A stretch of DNA of 51,293 nucleotides, taken from NCBI GenBank assembly GCA_002269645.1, contig NIVC01004299.1:1-51293 (forward strand), read 5' to 3'. The notes under the pieces were generated by a model. That model was not told the DNA's origin. It made no database searches and saw only the letters and a program-made list of their open reading frames with translations. Each line of letters starts with the position of its first letter. The first letter of the stretch is position 1. A program made the translations under genes and the position numbers. Of the stretch, positions 1 to 12,812 are shown in pieces. The DNA comes from Macrostomum lignano. Lineage: Eukaryota.

Positions 1-3000
1 TGGAAATACTCCACTTTTACTGGCCTGTCAACGAGGATCAAAACAGTTGCTGACACTGTTGCAGAAACTAGGCGCGGACTTTAGCCATGCCAATCAGAAA
101 GGCAACACACCGGCGCTATTGCTCAGTGCATAGGAAACCTGCAACTGCTGCAGATTGTTCATAAAGCTGGTGGAGACTTAGACCATCCAAATTGGAAGGC
201 GATACTCCTATTCTGATGGCTTGTCGATACAATCACTTTAGCGTGGTCAAGTTCTTTAGCGATCATGGGTGCACGATGGACTGTGCGAACTATCTGGGGC
301 AAACCCCAGCCTTTTTCTCAGCCAGACATGCAAAGAAAGAATTGCTGCGCTTCCTGGTGGAACAAAAAGCGCCTGTTGATGACGAGACGACCGATGGAAT
401 GACACCCTTGCTAGTGGCAGCTAAGGCAGACCACACAGAGTCAGTCAAAATATTGTTGAGATCGAATTGCCGAGTGGAACAAGTCAACTCTGAAGGCCGA
501 AATATCGTCTCATTTTCCGCAATCAACGGCAATGTGGAAATGCTAAATATGGCAATCGAAAACAAAGCCGATCTTCTCGTACGCGAAACGTCGGGAAACA
601 CTGCAGTAATTGACGCCTGCCGATATGGCAGACTAGAGGTTTTGGAAATTCTGTCGAAGCAAGCTTGCCCTCTGGACGCCAAGAACTACGAAAGCAGAAG
701 TGGGTTGCACTTAGCAGCTGAATTCGGGTTCATCAAAATCGCGAATTTTCTTCTTGAAAAGGAAGTCAATTGCAACTCCCGCGACAAGCTGGGCAACACT
801 CCGCTGATGCTAGCCGCTGAAAAAGGCTTCGATAAAATTATTCAGCTTCTCAATCAGAAAGAATGCGACGTGCACTTGCACAACAAAGAGGGTAAAACTG
901 CGTTGCACTTCGCCAGCCTAGGAAACAACACTCGAAGCATACAGCTGTTACTCATTGCGGGCTGCAACCCTATGCAGACTGACAATGCAGGTGCTACACC
1001 TCTGATGCTCGCCTGCCAAAGTAGCAAACCAGAAGACAAAAATTCAAATGAGGCCTTTAAAATGCTTTGCGAGTTTTCGGCGACCGATGGACGCCGGTCA
1101 TTGTTCTTCTATGACAACAGGATGCAAACCTGCGTTCACTACGCAGCTGAAGTTGGTCAGTACCGTATTCTAGAAGAACTACACAATCTTGGATTGCGAA
1201 TGGATGAGCCGAACCGAGACGGCGAAACACCACTCATCATAGCCGCTAAAGGGCGGTATAGGAAAAGTGTTGAATTCTTGATTACGAAATGCAGTGCTTC
1301 AATATCGGTCGTAGACAATAAAGGTCAGTCTCCAGTTCATAAGGCGGCGTTGAAAGGGCACTTGCCTGTCGTTCAACTGCTCGAGACCAACGGAGCAGAA
1401 ATGGACCGGCCGGACAACTGCGGACGGACGCCTTTGCTGCTAGCCGCAAGTCGCGGTTTTGATAGCATTGTAAAATTTTTGCAGGATAAACGCTGTATTG
1501 ATAAAATAGTCTGTCGCGAACGAAACGAGAACATTTTGCACTTGGCGGCGATAGGTGGTCATACGACTATCATAGAAAGACTTAAAGACAGACAGGATCT
1601 TGTCGAATCGTTGACAACTGAAGGAGAAAGCTGTCTTACCTTGCTATTGAAGTCGCGGGATTGTCCGGATCTGGCTGCCTTATTACTGACTAAATTTCAT
1701 GCGAAATACCCTGACTCCTGTGGTCAAAAAGAGCTGCTGATTGCTGCCAGTGTCGGTCATAAAGCCACTCTGAAAGTCATTCTAAGCCATCCTTGCTGCA
1801 ACAAAGACGCTGTAGACAGTGAAGGTAACTCAGCATTGATGCTGTCTGCCAGAGAGGGTCATCACACATGCGTGCGTCAACTACTTGACTCTGGACTTGA
1901 TCTCAAGCGCCGAAACAACAATGGAGCAACCGCGCTTCATCTCTGCTGCGCCAATGGAAAACGACTTTGCGCTGATTTTCTACTCGATGCTTCCGAAAAC
2001 AAGGGCGTAGAAGAGTCTTTTGTTGACTGGAAAGACAAGCATGGCGACACGGCACTTATTAACGCAGTTCGCTCCGGTCTATCAGGTCTTGTGCGCACAC
2101 TAATTCGCAAAGGAGCCCGTTGGGATATCGCAAACAATCAGGGTTACTCTGCGTGGACGTATGCCTTTTCAAGTCATCGTCTTGATTTTTTGAGCTTCCT
2201 GAAAGAGAAAGGACACCCTCAAGGGACGCTTGAATTGTTGCTGAACGTTTCAAACCTAATAGGAAACTCTAAGTTTGTTTTGGATGTTTTTCAAAAAGCT
2301 TTGTTGCAAAAGAAGCAGGCCTTTTTCGATAAGTTTCTTCTCTTCTTCGCAGACAGAATGACGGATCTGACTCAGCCATGCAGCGACGGCTCCTACCTGC
2401 TGCATGCTTGCTCCGAGATGAATCTTACTTCTGCAGCCAGCAAGCTGCTGAAGGAAGGCGCAGACATCGAATGTCTTGATAGGCAGAATCAGACGCCATT
2501 TCTTCGAGCCGTAGCTAAGAATCGAACTGACATGGCCAAATTTCTGCGCAAAAAGGGGTGCAAAATTTATGTCGTCGACGTAGAAGGTCGAGATGCTTTA
2601 ATGCTTGCCAGCATAAATCGGAACCACGCACTTTTTGATTGGCTGCTTTGCTTGAACCTAAAGGTTGGATTGCAGGACAAATATGGTTACTCAGCCTTGC
2701 ACCATGTTGCTAAGCAAGGAAGCCGTCCAATGTTCAAAACCTTGCTGTTGGAATGCAGTGAGAAAGTGGCAGGCCTAGTTGAAAATAAGCACGGTCTAAC
2801 CATGGCGCATATAGCCGCACGTCGAGGCAACGGCCGATTGCTATTAGAAATAGGGAATTCTATCCATCGAAATCTTCTCAAGACCACGCCTGGAAAGCCG
2901 TCAACGTTTGGCATCGCGTGTTACCGTGGCTGGACAAATATTGTCAAGAAATTGATAGCCCTAGGTCACAGCCCGCCAGTTACAGAGATGTCGCCTTATA

Positions 3001-5377
3001 TTGCAGCTGCTTGTGCTGGCGGTCATCTGCAGGTTTTGATCGAATTGCTTAAAGACGGCTCTGTAAACCCCTCGCGCAGCGTATTTCAGGCTGCGGGGCG
3101 TCACGGAAAGCTATCTGTGGTGGATTATCTGCTAACAACATTCCCAGAAAACAATAACAGAAACGACATTCTTATTGCTGCTGTTGCTCAAGGGCATTCG
3201 CACATTGTGCGTTACATGTTGGATCAGAAAATTTCAGTTGACCAGATGGACGATAGGCAGAACATGCCTTGTCACGTTGCTGCTCTCAGAAGCCACGCGT
3301 CTCTGCTGCCAAGCTTGGTCTGCGGTGAGCTGCACTCGGCCCCACTAAATGGCCGTCGGCGAACGCTCCTTCATCTAGCCTGCATCGGTGGTCAGGAGTC
3401 TGTAGTTCGGCTGCTGCTATCAAATGCTACTGACGAGTTCATAGCAGCTGAAGATGAAGACAAATGCTCTGCATTACTGCACGCTTGCAGCCAGGGCAGT
3501 AAAGAAATAGTTGCGTTGCTGCTACAGCAAAACAGCGTCAATCCAAATAGCTGCGGAGGGCCTCATGGTACTACCGGTGTGCATCTGGCATGTCAGGCGG
3601 GCCGTCAAGACCTGCTTGAAGTTCTGGCAACAGCTGGAGCTGCTCTGGACGCAGCTGATTTAGAGGGATCAACTGGCCTGTTGATGGCCGCAGCCCGTGG
3701 CCATGCGGATGTAGTTCGATACCTCCTAGAAAACGGGTGTAAATGGGATGCAGTTAATAAGTATGGGGCTAACGTGATTCAACTGGCTGTGAGTGGCAAT
3801 CACATGAGCATATTGACTATTCTTTGCGAGCACAACTTTCTACAGCCGCAGTGCTTTGCTAACCAATGCCCCGATGCTCAGCTGGAAGTTGGACACCCCA
3901 TTGGCAGTTCCGCATCCCCGGGCGATGAAGACTGCGCCTTAGCCTACAACAATCTCGGCTTATGCAAAGAAATGAAGCTGGGAGCTGAAAATGCGGATGT
4001 GGTTGAAGAACCAGACGCTGGCCCTGAAGCTGGTGAATCTGCATCAGTCGTCAATTCTGAAGGATTGGCTGTTCATGCGGGTATCAATGACGACGAAGAT
4101 GAAATTAACGACGTTGGGTCATGGATTGAGTCAAGAGGCGGCAGAGCCAGCGGAGCTGCTTTTTCAACCAGACAGCTATCGGTCACTAGTTCGAATTTTG
4201 CCAGGTAAAATTTTATATATTACCGTACGTACGATTTACTGGGAAAGTAGATTTTAAAATAGGACATAGCAGATGTGCGTTTTTGACGTCTTTGGATCTG
4301 ACTATATCGATTTAGTCTCGTGCCTTAACAAGTTCCCTGGGTGTCATCATACGATTTTCATCCATAACGGTCAACCAGCTTAAGTTAAAATAGAACGTCA
4401 ACCCATCAGGATAAATAAAAAAACGCTTTAATTTTCATAGGTGCGGCACAATCCATGAGCTGGAGGACGGTGCAGATTCCAGTGAGCTGAAACTACGGGG
4501 CACCTTCGGCAGAGCGACAAACTTCTGGACCGTTGAAGCGCAGCAAAACAGCAAAGGTGACTGGCTGGTGAAGAAGTGCCTGAGTTGGTCTGAGACTCCC
4601 GATAGCGATCCTTCAAAGACTTTAGGCAACCTAAAGTTGTTGCTTCGAAAGCTTTACGCATTGAAAAGAAGAGAAAACCGTTTCAGCGACAAGTCTCACC
4701 TTCTATGGCCCATAGAGTTCTCCATCGCTTATCACAGTCGCATTGAAGTGTGCATCGTACACCCGTACGTCAAGTGGCACCTGCTACAGTATCTCGATCA
4801 GCTGTATAGCAATCGAGATCAAGACTCGCGGCTTGAAGATGTGAGCTTTCACAAGTCTATAACGTCGGGCGTGTTGCACGGCCTTGCTGAGCTACACAGA
4901 CGCAGCTTAGTTCACGGATCCCTGACTCTGAAAAGCGTTTACTTGACGCAGGATAAGCGCGTAATGCTAAAAGGATTCGACGGCATTAATGATATTCTGG
5001 CGGAGTTTCTGGAACCGACACGAAATAGACTGCTTCGTGACGCCCACACCAAGGCTCCGGAGCTGTTCCGCGATCGGAATCGTCAGCCTACAAAGGAGAG
5101 CGACATCTGGTCGCTTGGAATTTTTTTGCACCAGCTGGTTACGGGAAAGACACCGTTGGCAAATAAATACGACACTGAGGTGAAGGATTTCTATTTAGAA
5201 GGCCAAGTGGCACGCCTACCAGAGTTTCTATCGCTCGGAGACGCCCAGCTGCAGTCAGTTCTCGCAGGAAGCTGCCGAATCGACCCCAACAGTCGGAAAA
5301 GTGCATGCGAACTGATGGAAATCCTGCGGCCAACTGCAAGACATACTTCCTGTTGTGAGGCTGTGGATGATGATTGA
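1..5377 (+). CDS. Giant ankyrin-repeat protein with C-terminal pseudokinase domain (5' end outside window; exons <1-4204 and 4441-5377)
   Basis: ORF 192-4208 has roughly 30 or more ankyrin repeats (GxTPLxxA...G). Ankyrin sequence continues to position 1 in two other frames (GNTPLLLACQRG; GNLQLLQIVHKAGGDLDHPN), with apparent 1-nt deletions at about 120 and 192. Donor AG|GTAAAA at 4205 and acceptor TTTTCATAG at 4440 join in phase 2 (R-CGTIHELEDG...) into the frame of ORF 4568-5377. That exon has RGTFG, LVKK, LVHGSLTLKSVYL, KGFD, TKAPE and SDIWSLG kinase motifs. Confidence 0.85.
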
Positions 5378-7705
5378 TTTTACTCTAATACTATAACCCT
5401 GTTTATTAAATATTTTATCTAGGTGCATGTAAACTACAATTAATTACTTGATTCAGAAAATGCATGAAATGATGCACCTCACACGAGCTCGCTTTCAATC
5501 AGTTTATTAGGCGCAGTTTAAAGAAATGTCCTTAGGAATTGTTTAGAAGAAACCGAAAGAAATAAAAACCACACCTACAAGAAAAATAACTGCCTCGATT
5601 TTGGAATCCGAGTGCATAATAAGCTCGTATATTGGTCTTTTTGCATTCCCATCAACACTATTTTTGTTGCCAACCGATATTTTTGCAAATAGATATTTTT
5701 CTTTTTAAATGATTCCACTTCAAAATAATTCTGTCCTTCTGCGCTTCAATTTTCTAAATTACACTTCAGATGGAAATTCTTTTGTTAAAATGACAAGCCA
5801 AAAATCGTGTAAATGTGTGAATATTATAACCCAGTAGTATATATAGCAAGCAAGTAGCTCTGATAATATTTTTCTAATACGAGCCTATTTATCCACTCAT
5901 TTTTACGAGTTTTGTTTCAAACGCTTTTTGTTATAACCCCCTTCTTGAGTTATCGAGACTATAGAATTAAGCTTAAGCTTTGATTAAATCTTGTTTTGAT
6001 TCAGATTTGTTTGAAATGTTATTTGACCACCTATTTGACATCCAGACGCAAACCTTGTAAGGTTTCAGGAATAGACTTTCTGGTTTTTTTCTTCTGTTTT
6101 GTATAGTTCAATTTTCGTTAATAGCTCGTATTAAACTTCTTACATTTTTGCAAACCTTCTGAAGACACGTAAATATTTTTTTTGCTTTTTTTCTACTATC
6201 AGTAGCATTAATGAAAAAAATTTATTACAGATTTCAAGCCCCCGTACTCTTTTTACCGATTCTCATTAACATCTGTACGTTTGCAAAGCTTTTTAAGTGC
6301 ACTGACTGATCTGTCTCGAGACCATCAACGACCCACTTCAACGACCCACTTCCGACGCACACGTTATTGATGAACATCGCTAGAAAATGTGTCTTTATCA
6401 ACTTTCAGCGAATGCACGTCAGCTAAATGTCGTTGCATTGTGAAATTACCCATTTTCCAGCGACTTCAATCGACGTTGAAAACGCTGGCCGACGTCACAG
6501 ACGACGGATTTGCTATATTAGATAGCACATTCCACAGTTACAAGCCACAGATGCTTTTTCGCCCTGTGTTGGTACTTCACTTGCTATAGTTGTTGAGTCT
6601 TTCTGACTCCATAGACAACCGTCGGTTCATGGTTTATTCCAATAGAATTAGCTAAATGCTACCTTCATAGAATGGTATGGAGAGGTGTAGTAGCAGTAGG
6701 AAGGTGCATTTTACACATGTTTTTTGACTTTAGGAGCTGCAAGGGAAGAAGACTCACCAGATGTAGCCGCACCTTGCATTAGCAATGGTTTTTATTCTAA
6801 AGCCGCTCTTGAGACATTCAAACAGAAGCAAATCTTTCTTTGCATGGCAACCGTGTTGACTGTTACTCGCTGCCAATCACTTAGTAGGCACTCAGCTAGA
6901 ATACTGATTCAAATGGAGACCCCTCCCAATGGAAGACTTTGGCCATACACGGAAGCAATCTTGGCAAGCTGCGTTTGTCTCGATAGGTATGGGTTGGAAA
7001 CAAGTTTTCAAGACAATTGCATAATTTATAAGCGCTAGCTGGCAGTCGCAATGCGCCCTCCTCCTCCTCAGCAGAAGCAATTGCTGCAGCCAGAAACAAA
7101 GAAATGCTACCCACTGCAAATCTTAGGCCTTCTGCGCGTCAGGTTTGGTTGCAAAAGAAAATCAAATTTTCCAATGCATAGCCACAGTATGCCTGCTATT
7201 TATAATCCACAGAACTTGTGAGAGCAGAGCTCAGTCTTTATAGCTATTATTTCAGTTTATTTCACTTGCAATGTATTTTAATCTACAATTGGATTGGGTT
7301 ACTGTACTGTCATTGGTTTGTAAACCTTAGTAAACAAAGTAGTATCTAGGTACAAGAGTAGACAAGCAGACATAGCTTTAAGTGTAAAAAGATAGCAACA
7401 TAAATACGAGTATTCCGGAAAAATTGAACAGGATCAGGAAATTACAGAATCATATATCTGTATTAAAGAAGAAGCTACTGAAATTGAAAAAAAGAAAAAA
7501 AATCGTCTGTTGTCTTATAAAAGGGCACTTGAAAATTGATTGCATAACAAGTACTTCTACATTCGATGTATACCAATTGATAATTAAATAAATATTGACC
7601 ACGAGAGACATGAAGTATTTGTTTTACGTGTCGAATATTAATTTTGTTTGGTTAGTCCAGCTCCTCTTCACGGCTACTGACCAGTAGTCATTCAATTCTG
7701 TTTAA

Positions 7706-8668
7706 TTAGAGGCTGTAGATCTCAACTTCGCACATCGTAATCGAAAAAGCTTGCAAATTAATCATAGCAAACTTGCTGCCAAAAGCGTTGCAGCTGAAAG
7801 TGGCAATTGAGAAAGCCACCGTCAGGTCAACCCGATGACACTCAACACCGTCCACAGTTAGGGACATCTTGTTCAGTCGGGAGCTGCAGCAGTCCGCCCT
7901 GTTGTAGATGGTGACATGCGAGATTTGAGCAGGCGCGGCGAGTTGAGCCTCCCACCAGCCTGGCTGGCCATTATTGTCAGTGTGAATGCAGCTCAGTCCG
8001 CCCCAGTAGTCTTGGTTCTTATTCCCGTCGAATGCTCTCTCGCAGACTCCGTTTTGCATCACGGAGCTCTGGTTGCAGGCGACGAAATTTAGTTTAGCTG
8101 AAATTTGAAAGTTGAAATTATTAACCAAGATTGTACACAGATGATTACTCTGATTTGGATGAGGTTAGTACTCGTACACAGCGGGAGCGAATGCCTCAGC
8201 CGCCCTAAATGCTGTTAAGTGAGTGCATGGCCAAATATTCTGTGAATCACCCACAGCACTCTGCAGGCTGCTCACAGTCGTTGTGAACTTGGTTTCCACG
8301 TACACGTGGCCCATGTCAGGCATGTTTGTACTTCCTATCTTTAAGTCTATTAAGACTTTAAGTCTGTACTTACTCGTATTCAACGTGTAAACGTCGCATT
8401 CAGCTGAGCTCTCCCAGGCTAAATTATAGAAGGCCGACAGACTGAACAATCGGCAGAGACCCGGCAACCAGGTGAAGCCGAAGCAGCCCGATCTTGTGGA
8501 GCAGTCTTCGGCGCAGTTCAATCTGCCGATGCCGGAAGCAGAGACCATGGCAATAGGGGTTGAAATGCTACGCAATTTGCTTGCCGTGAACACAGTTTTC
8601 GCCGTTGTTGGCCTGCAAAGCCAAAGCAGGATGGCACAGGACAGCAGGTTTAAAACGCGCTTGTGCAT
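7706..8668 (-). CDS. Secreted PAN/apple + F-type (fucolectin) lectin protein, paralog A (exons 8668-8374 and 8097-7706; 228 aa)
   Basis: ATG at 8668 gives a signal-peptide-like MHKRVLNLLSCAILLWLCRPTTA, then PAN-like CAEDCSTRSGCFGFTWLPGLCRLF. Phase-1 intron 8373-8098 (GTAAGT...TTTCAG). Exon 2 has CERAFDG, CIHT, GWW, IYNRADCCSSRL and CEVEIY, the F-type lectin H...RxDxxxxR signature. Confidence 0.88.
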
Positions 8669-8773
8669 TTTTTGACAGTTATTTCGTGAGCTGAGCAGTA
8701 GCCGCGGCAGTAGAGCAAATTTCTGATACATTGAGGCACCGCTTTTCAAATACTTTTTTGGTTTGTTTAACCC

Positions 8774-8811
8774 ATTGGATTGGCTGCGTGTTTTCCGGGT
8801 TTGTTCATTGG
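8774..8811 (-). promoter_or_regulatory. CCAAT box cluster upstream of lectin paralog A
   Basis: Three ATTGG on + (8774, 8779, 8807), about 105-140 bp upstream of the ATG. Paralog B has CCAAT boxes at a similar distance. Confidence 0.35.
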
Positions 8812-11137
8812 TTAGAACTAGTTTGTTGAGGGATGGATTTACATGCAATTCAATTCTGTCACCTGGAAAATGTAATTGGTGCTAGTGCAAGAAAAAATAA
8901 AAGCAACTTTTAGAATAATATAATTCTTAATTTACCTGTCCTATCCCCCGGGACGGCCCAGGGAGCTGCACAACCAGGGGAAGGCATGATACTAGCGCGC
9001 ATGAATGAGTGCCTGCGGGGCCAAAATGAGTGCTAACAACATAAATACCCAAAATAATTTTAGTAATTTAGTCATGTAGAAGAATTTTGGTTTTCTCCCC
9101 CCCCCTACCATAAAATCTATGGCGACACCCCTGGTTGCGCTCTCTTTCTGTATTTTCTATGGCTGATTTTTGTCATTATCGATCCTTCTTAGAAACGTTT
9201 TGTTAAAAAACGTCATTCAGCCATTTGAGGCTAAAAGTCACAGGAAATTCACTTTTTGTAACTTCTATTTGATTAAAATTTTCGTTTTTCCCGGATTTGT
9301 TCCGGTTAATTATGAAGCCAAATCCGAAAAACTGATCAGACACAACTGCAGCTTTTGCATTGAATAATGACTTATCAGCTAAATAAATTTGCATAGTCTT
9401 CAGGAAAACTTTAGCTTTTCTATTTTCTTAATAAAAATAAAGCTGAGGAGAGTCTTTCAGCACTGACTTATGTATTTACTACTGCCAGTAACACTACTTC
9501 TCATATCTAATCTATTCTTTCCTTCCCTCTATCTCACATTCTCTTCTTATCCTTCATTTTATGTTAGGATTCTATTTCAGCATACTTTTCCGGGTCGAAA
9601 GCAACAGGTGTCAACTGTTTGGCATGCGGGACTTCAGGTCTACTGACGCCAGATGGTCTTGGAGAATCACGTGACAGGCACTTTTTTCTCATTTTGACAG
9701 GCCATCAATCACATGAAATTTCGGCCTACATGTATGAGTTCGAATTTATTCCTAGTGTGACGATATTTTGACAGCAGCGAATTTTCCCCTGCAAAGTATA
9801 TTTGTCTCAATCTTAATATTCCGGCAGATTATTTCATTGCAATCTCCTCTTTATTCCCGATCTAATATATATTTTTATGTTGTTTTCGACATGAAATTAC
9901 TGAAACTTCTCCGGGGCCTGATAAGGATCTCTGAGCTTCTCAGGTCTAGCTAGTAACAAGCTCAGTCAATCGAAACCGAAACCACAGGAACAAATCACGG
10001 GCCTGTTGGTTCTTAATTTAACCGCCGATTTTTCCTGCTCAGAAAGCAACCTCGAGTTTGGGCCGCACTCAGCTGTCTTCTACGGAAAGACTGGCCTGGA
10101 GATTCTGTGTCCCCTATTCAGCTCTTCCCCCCAGGTTGCAACACCAAGTTGGAGGACATCATCCTCGGCATCGACTGCTAGAATTCCATTAAGAGTTGGT
10201 TATCCTTCAGCTACGACGAGCTTGGCGTATGCGGTCTCAGGATTCCCTGGCCACCGGCAGTCTCAGTATCTGATAGGTTGGGTGAGAGGCGTGACTTACC
10301 GGACTTAGCTGCAGGGCAGTCACAGGAGCGACCAGTGCCATTTCTGCGCGTATTTTAGTTTTATCCCCAAAACACGGTCCTTAGATGCATGTACGAGTAT
10401 ATGGTAACGACTGTTATGATCGTCTACTGATAAGTAGAAAGTGTAGAACACAGCGCGAAAAACTTGTATAATTTGTTAAATATGCTGGCTATGATTGCCG
10501 AGTTCCAGTTGCGTTTAAACTAAAGATATCGACACTGTTCTGCTGAAAAATACATTTATAGTGGCAGTGTGTTCCAGAATTCAATTACAAGTATAATTAT
10601 AATAAGTACACATTGTGACGCGACCCTTCTTGTTCGGTGCTGACGGCTATGCATTTATCAATAAATGAGTCTACGTAACAAGAAAGTTTAGAATTTTAAC
10701 TTCGACTGATTGTATTTAACCGTATTATATTATTTATTTGAAGACAGGAGTTAACTGTTGCTGTTAAATTATTGGTAGTAAGTACTAAGTATGGCGAATA
10801 GGCACAACGCGGCGGACAAACCAGCAGCACACACGAGCCCAGCGAGACAAGAACACTAGAGAACAAAAATTCGATATAACCCACTTTTAAATAATGCAAT
10901 ACCCGTATTTCTATGAATGATACAGTAAAACAAATTTTATGTATAGAACAAATTTAAGATTTGTTTAATAAATAGTAGTTAGATTAATATAACACTAAAG
11001 AGACATTAATAACACCAAATATTATAAAAAATAAATATCAACATCGTTACACTCGCCTCTCCTCAAAAAACAATACAGCTACTTACAGTAACATCAAAGC
11101 ACATGACCCAAAATTTAATAACAATATAAACTTATAT

Positions 11138-11210
11138 ATTGGCAAAATCAAACACATTGGCAAAAATCGAACACATTGGCAAAAATCGAACACATTGGCA
11201 AAATCGAAGC
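11138..11210. repeat. Tandem repeat, about 19-bp unit x4 (ATTGGCAAAAATCGAACAC)
   Basis: Direct reading. The pattern resembles subterminal arrays of non-autonomous DNA transposons. Confidence 0.8.
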
Positions 11211-12170
11211 AATATTCGAACAACGAACGATCAATAGCTGGTATACCTGTAACAATATTCAATAATAAATATTTTTTTGTATTTTTTTGAAAATATTTTA
11301 TGACAACTGTCGAAAGGAAATCACGGTGCTACCATAGTCGGAAAATTGCTAAAAAATTCACCGGAAAAGTTATTTGTCACAATCGATACTCGAATTAGTA
11401 AGGATTCCTTAGAAGCAAAAATAAAAATCGTAGTTGTTCGTTTCAGCTCAAAAAGTGCTATTTTCAGTTTTTACCATAGACGAATTAATAAAAAAGCGAA
11501 GTATCACCGTACTGTTTAGAAATCAGTTCGATTGAGTCCAGGATCAAAGGCAAGCATTAAAAAACATGTTACTGATATTCATCAATGATTGGTTGATGCC
11601 TAAAAGCTGCACATTTGACTTGGATGGGCCTACCACAAGAGAGTCTCAAGGCCCATTCACACCGCCATCAAACGAGACCAAATTTCAAGTGATCACACGA
11701 CATGTGCATAGTTTTTCATCCCTTTGTACTTAAGTCATGTGAGTTGGTTGCTTGTTTGATGGCGTTGTGAATGAGCCTTTATACTCGTACTCACCCTGTT
11801 CGGATGAGTCACTGGTTCAGATCCACCCAGCCCGCCCAGACCCAAAGCTTTACCCTCAGCCAATCCCTCCACCATTCTACATACGTAGGTAAGCACTCGT
11901 ACGCTGTGGCTTGCTCTCTCTCTTCCTGAGCTGTACGTACAAAGTATGATATTGTACATTGGTGTGTGCTCTTTGCACCAAGCACTCGCCGAACCACCCT
12001 CAGTCTTGTAATGCCATCGTGCTCATTTATGTTTTTCATCAATATAAACGTCAAACCTCAAACGTAAGGAGGTCCCGTTTGAAGAGGTTTTGTTGTCCAA
12101 CTCTGTCTAAAGGTGTTTCATCCAAACATTTAGTTGCAACGATTGTGCTTGCGTGTACACAGTTTTTGTC

Positions 12171-12410
12171 ATGCCACTGTCACACGAAGATTGCCTCAAT
12201 CGGATCTGCATTTTGTGCTTTTCGAAGGCAAAAGAGTTGCGATCCGTTACGCCCTGGATGCTGGCCATCATCAATCGGCACAGTGGCTGGCTCTACGATC
12301 TGCACGATAATCGCGTTCCCAAGGCAATTTGTAGCACGTGCAGATTCGCTCTGCAGCAGCTGGAGAAGGGCCAACGGGCTGATGTGCCACCGATGTTAAC
12401 ACCACATTAA
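12171..12410 (+). pseudogene. Truncated C4 zinc-finger (zf-AD-like) ORF, probably a transposon-derived fragment
   Basis: MPLSHEDCLNRICILCFSK...YDLHDNRVPKAICSTCRFAL: two CxxC pairs with the LP..ICxxC spacing of zf-AD-type fingers. The ORF stops after about 80 codons. Confidence 0.45.
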
Positions 12411-12675
12411 TAACACCGAAAACAAGTTTTAGAGTGTACTTCCAGACGATGGAAAAGTCTGATCATGAGCACCTAATGCAACTTGTACGCATCCGTGTAT
12501 TTATGAGCAGGCTCAAGAGTCAGTGGAATATAGGGCTTGTCTTATCAGTACCTAAAAGTCAATTAGGTAATCGGTGGAAAAATTAAGATACAACGACTAC
12601 CTAGGTAAGCTACGAACCAAAAACCGTTGATAATCCGAAAACAATAAAAACTAAATTTAGTGCTTTTGTCATTGT

Positions 12676-12746
12676 CCAATCATATTTGGCCAATCAGCAA
12701 ACCGCATGCAAAAAAATAGGACAAAAAATCATTCGTAACTATAAAA
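12676..12746 (+). promoter_or_regulatory. Core promoter of lectin paralog B (two CCAAT boxes and TATAAAA)
   Basis: CCAAT at 12676 and 12690; TATAAAA at 12740-12746, about 70 bp upstream of ATG 12813. Confidence 0.55.
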
Positions 12747-12812
12747 ACAGGAGCTGAGACTTTTTTGAGAAGGTTGCTTTCGTTGGAAAGATAGCTGAAT
12801 AAAAATTAAAAC

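Noticed and set aside
5377-6300. A KEN/RNase exon downstream of the pseudokinase that would complete an RNase L
   Set aside because: The frame ends at a stop, and the following AT-rich DNA shows no coding exon I can identify.
6380-7120. Possible BED-finger (MQRHLADVH) or hAT remnant on the minus strand
   Set aside because: Only one partial motif amid stops; not enough to call.
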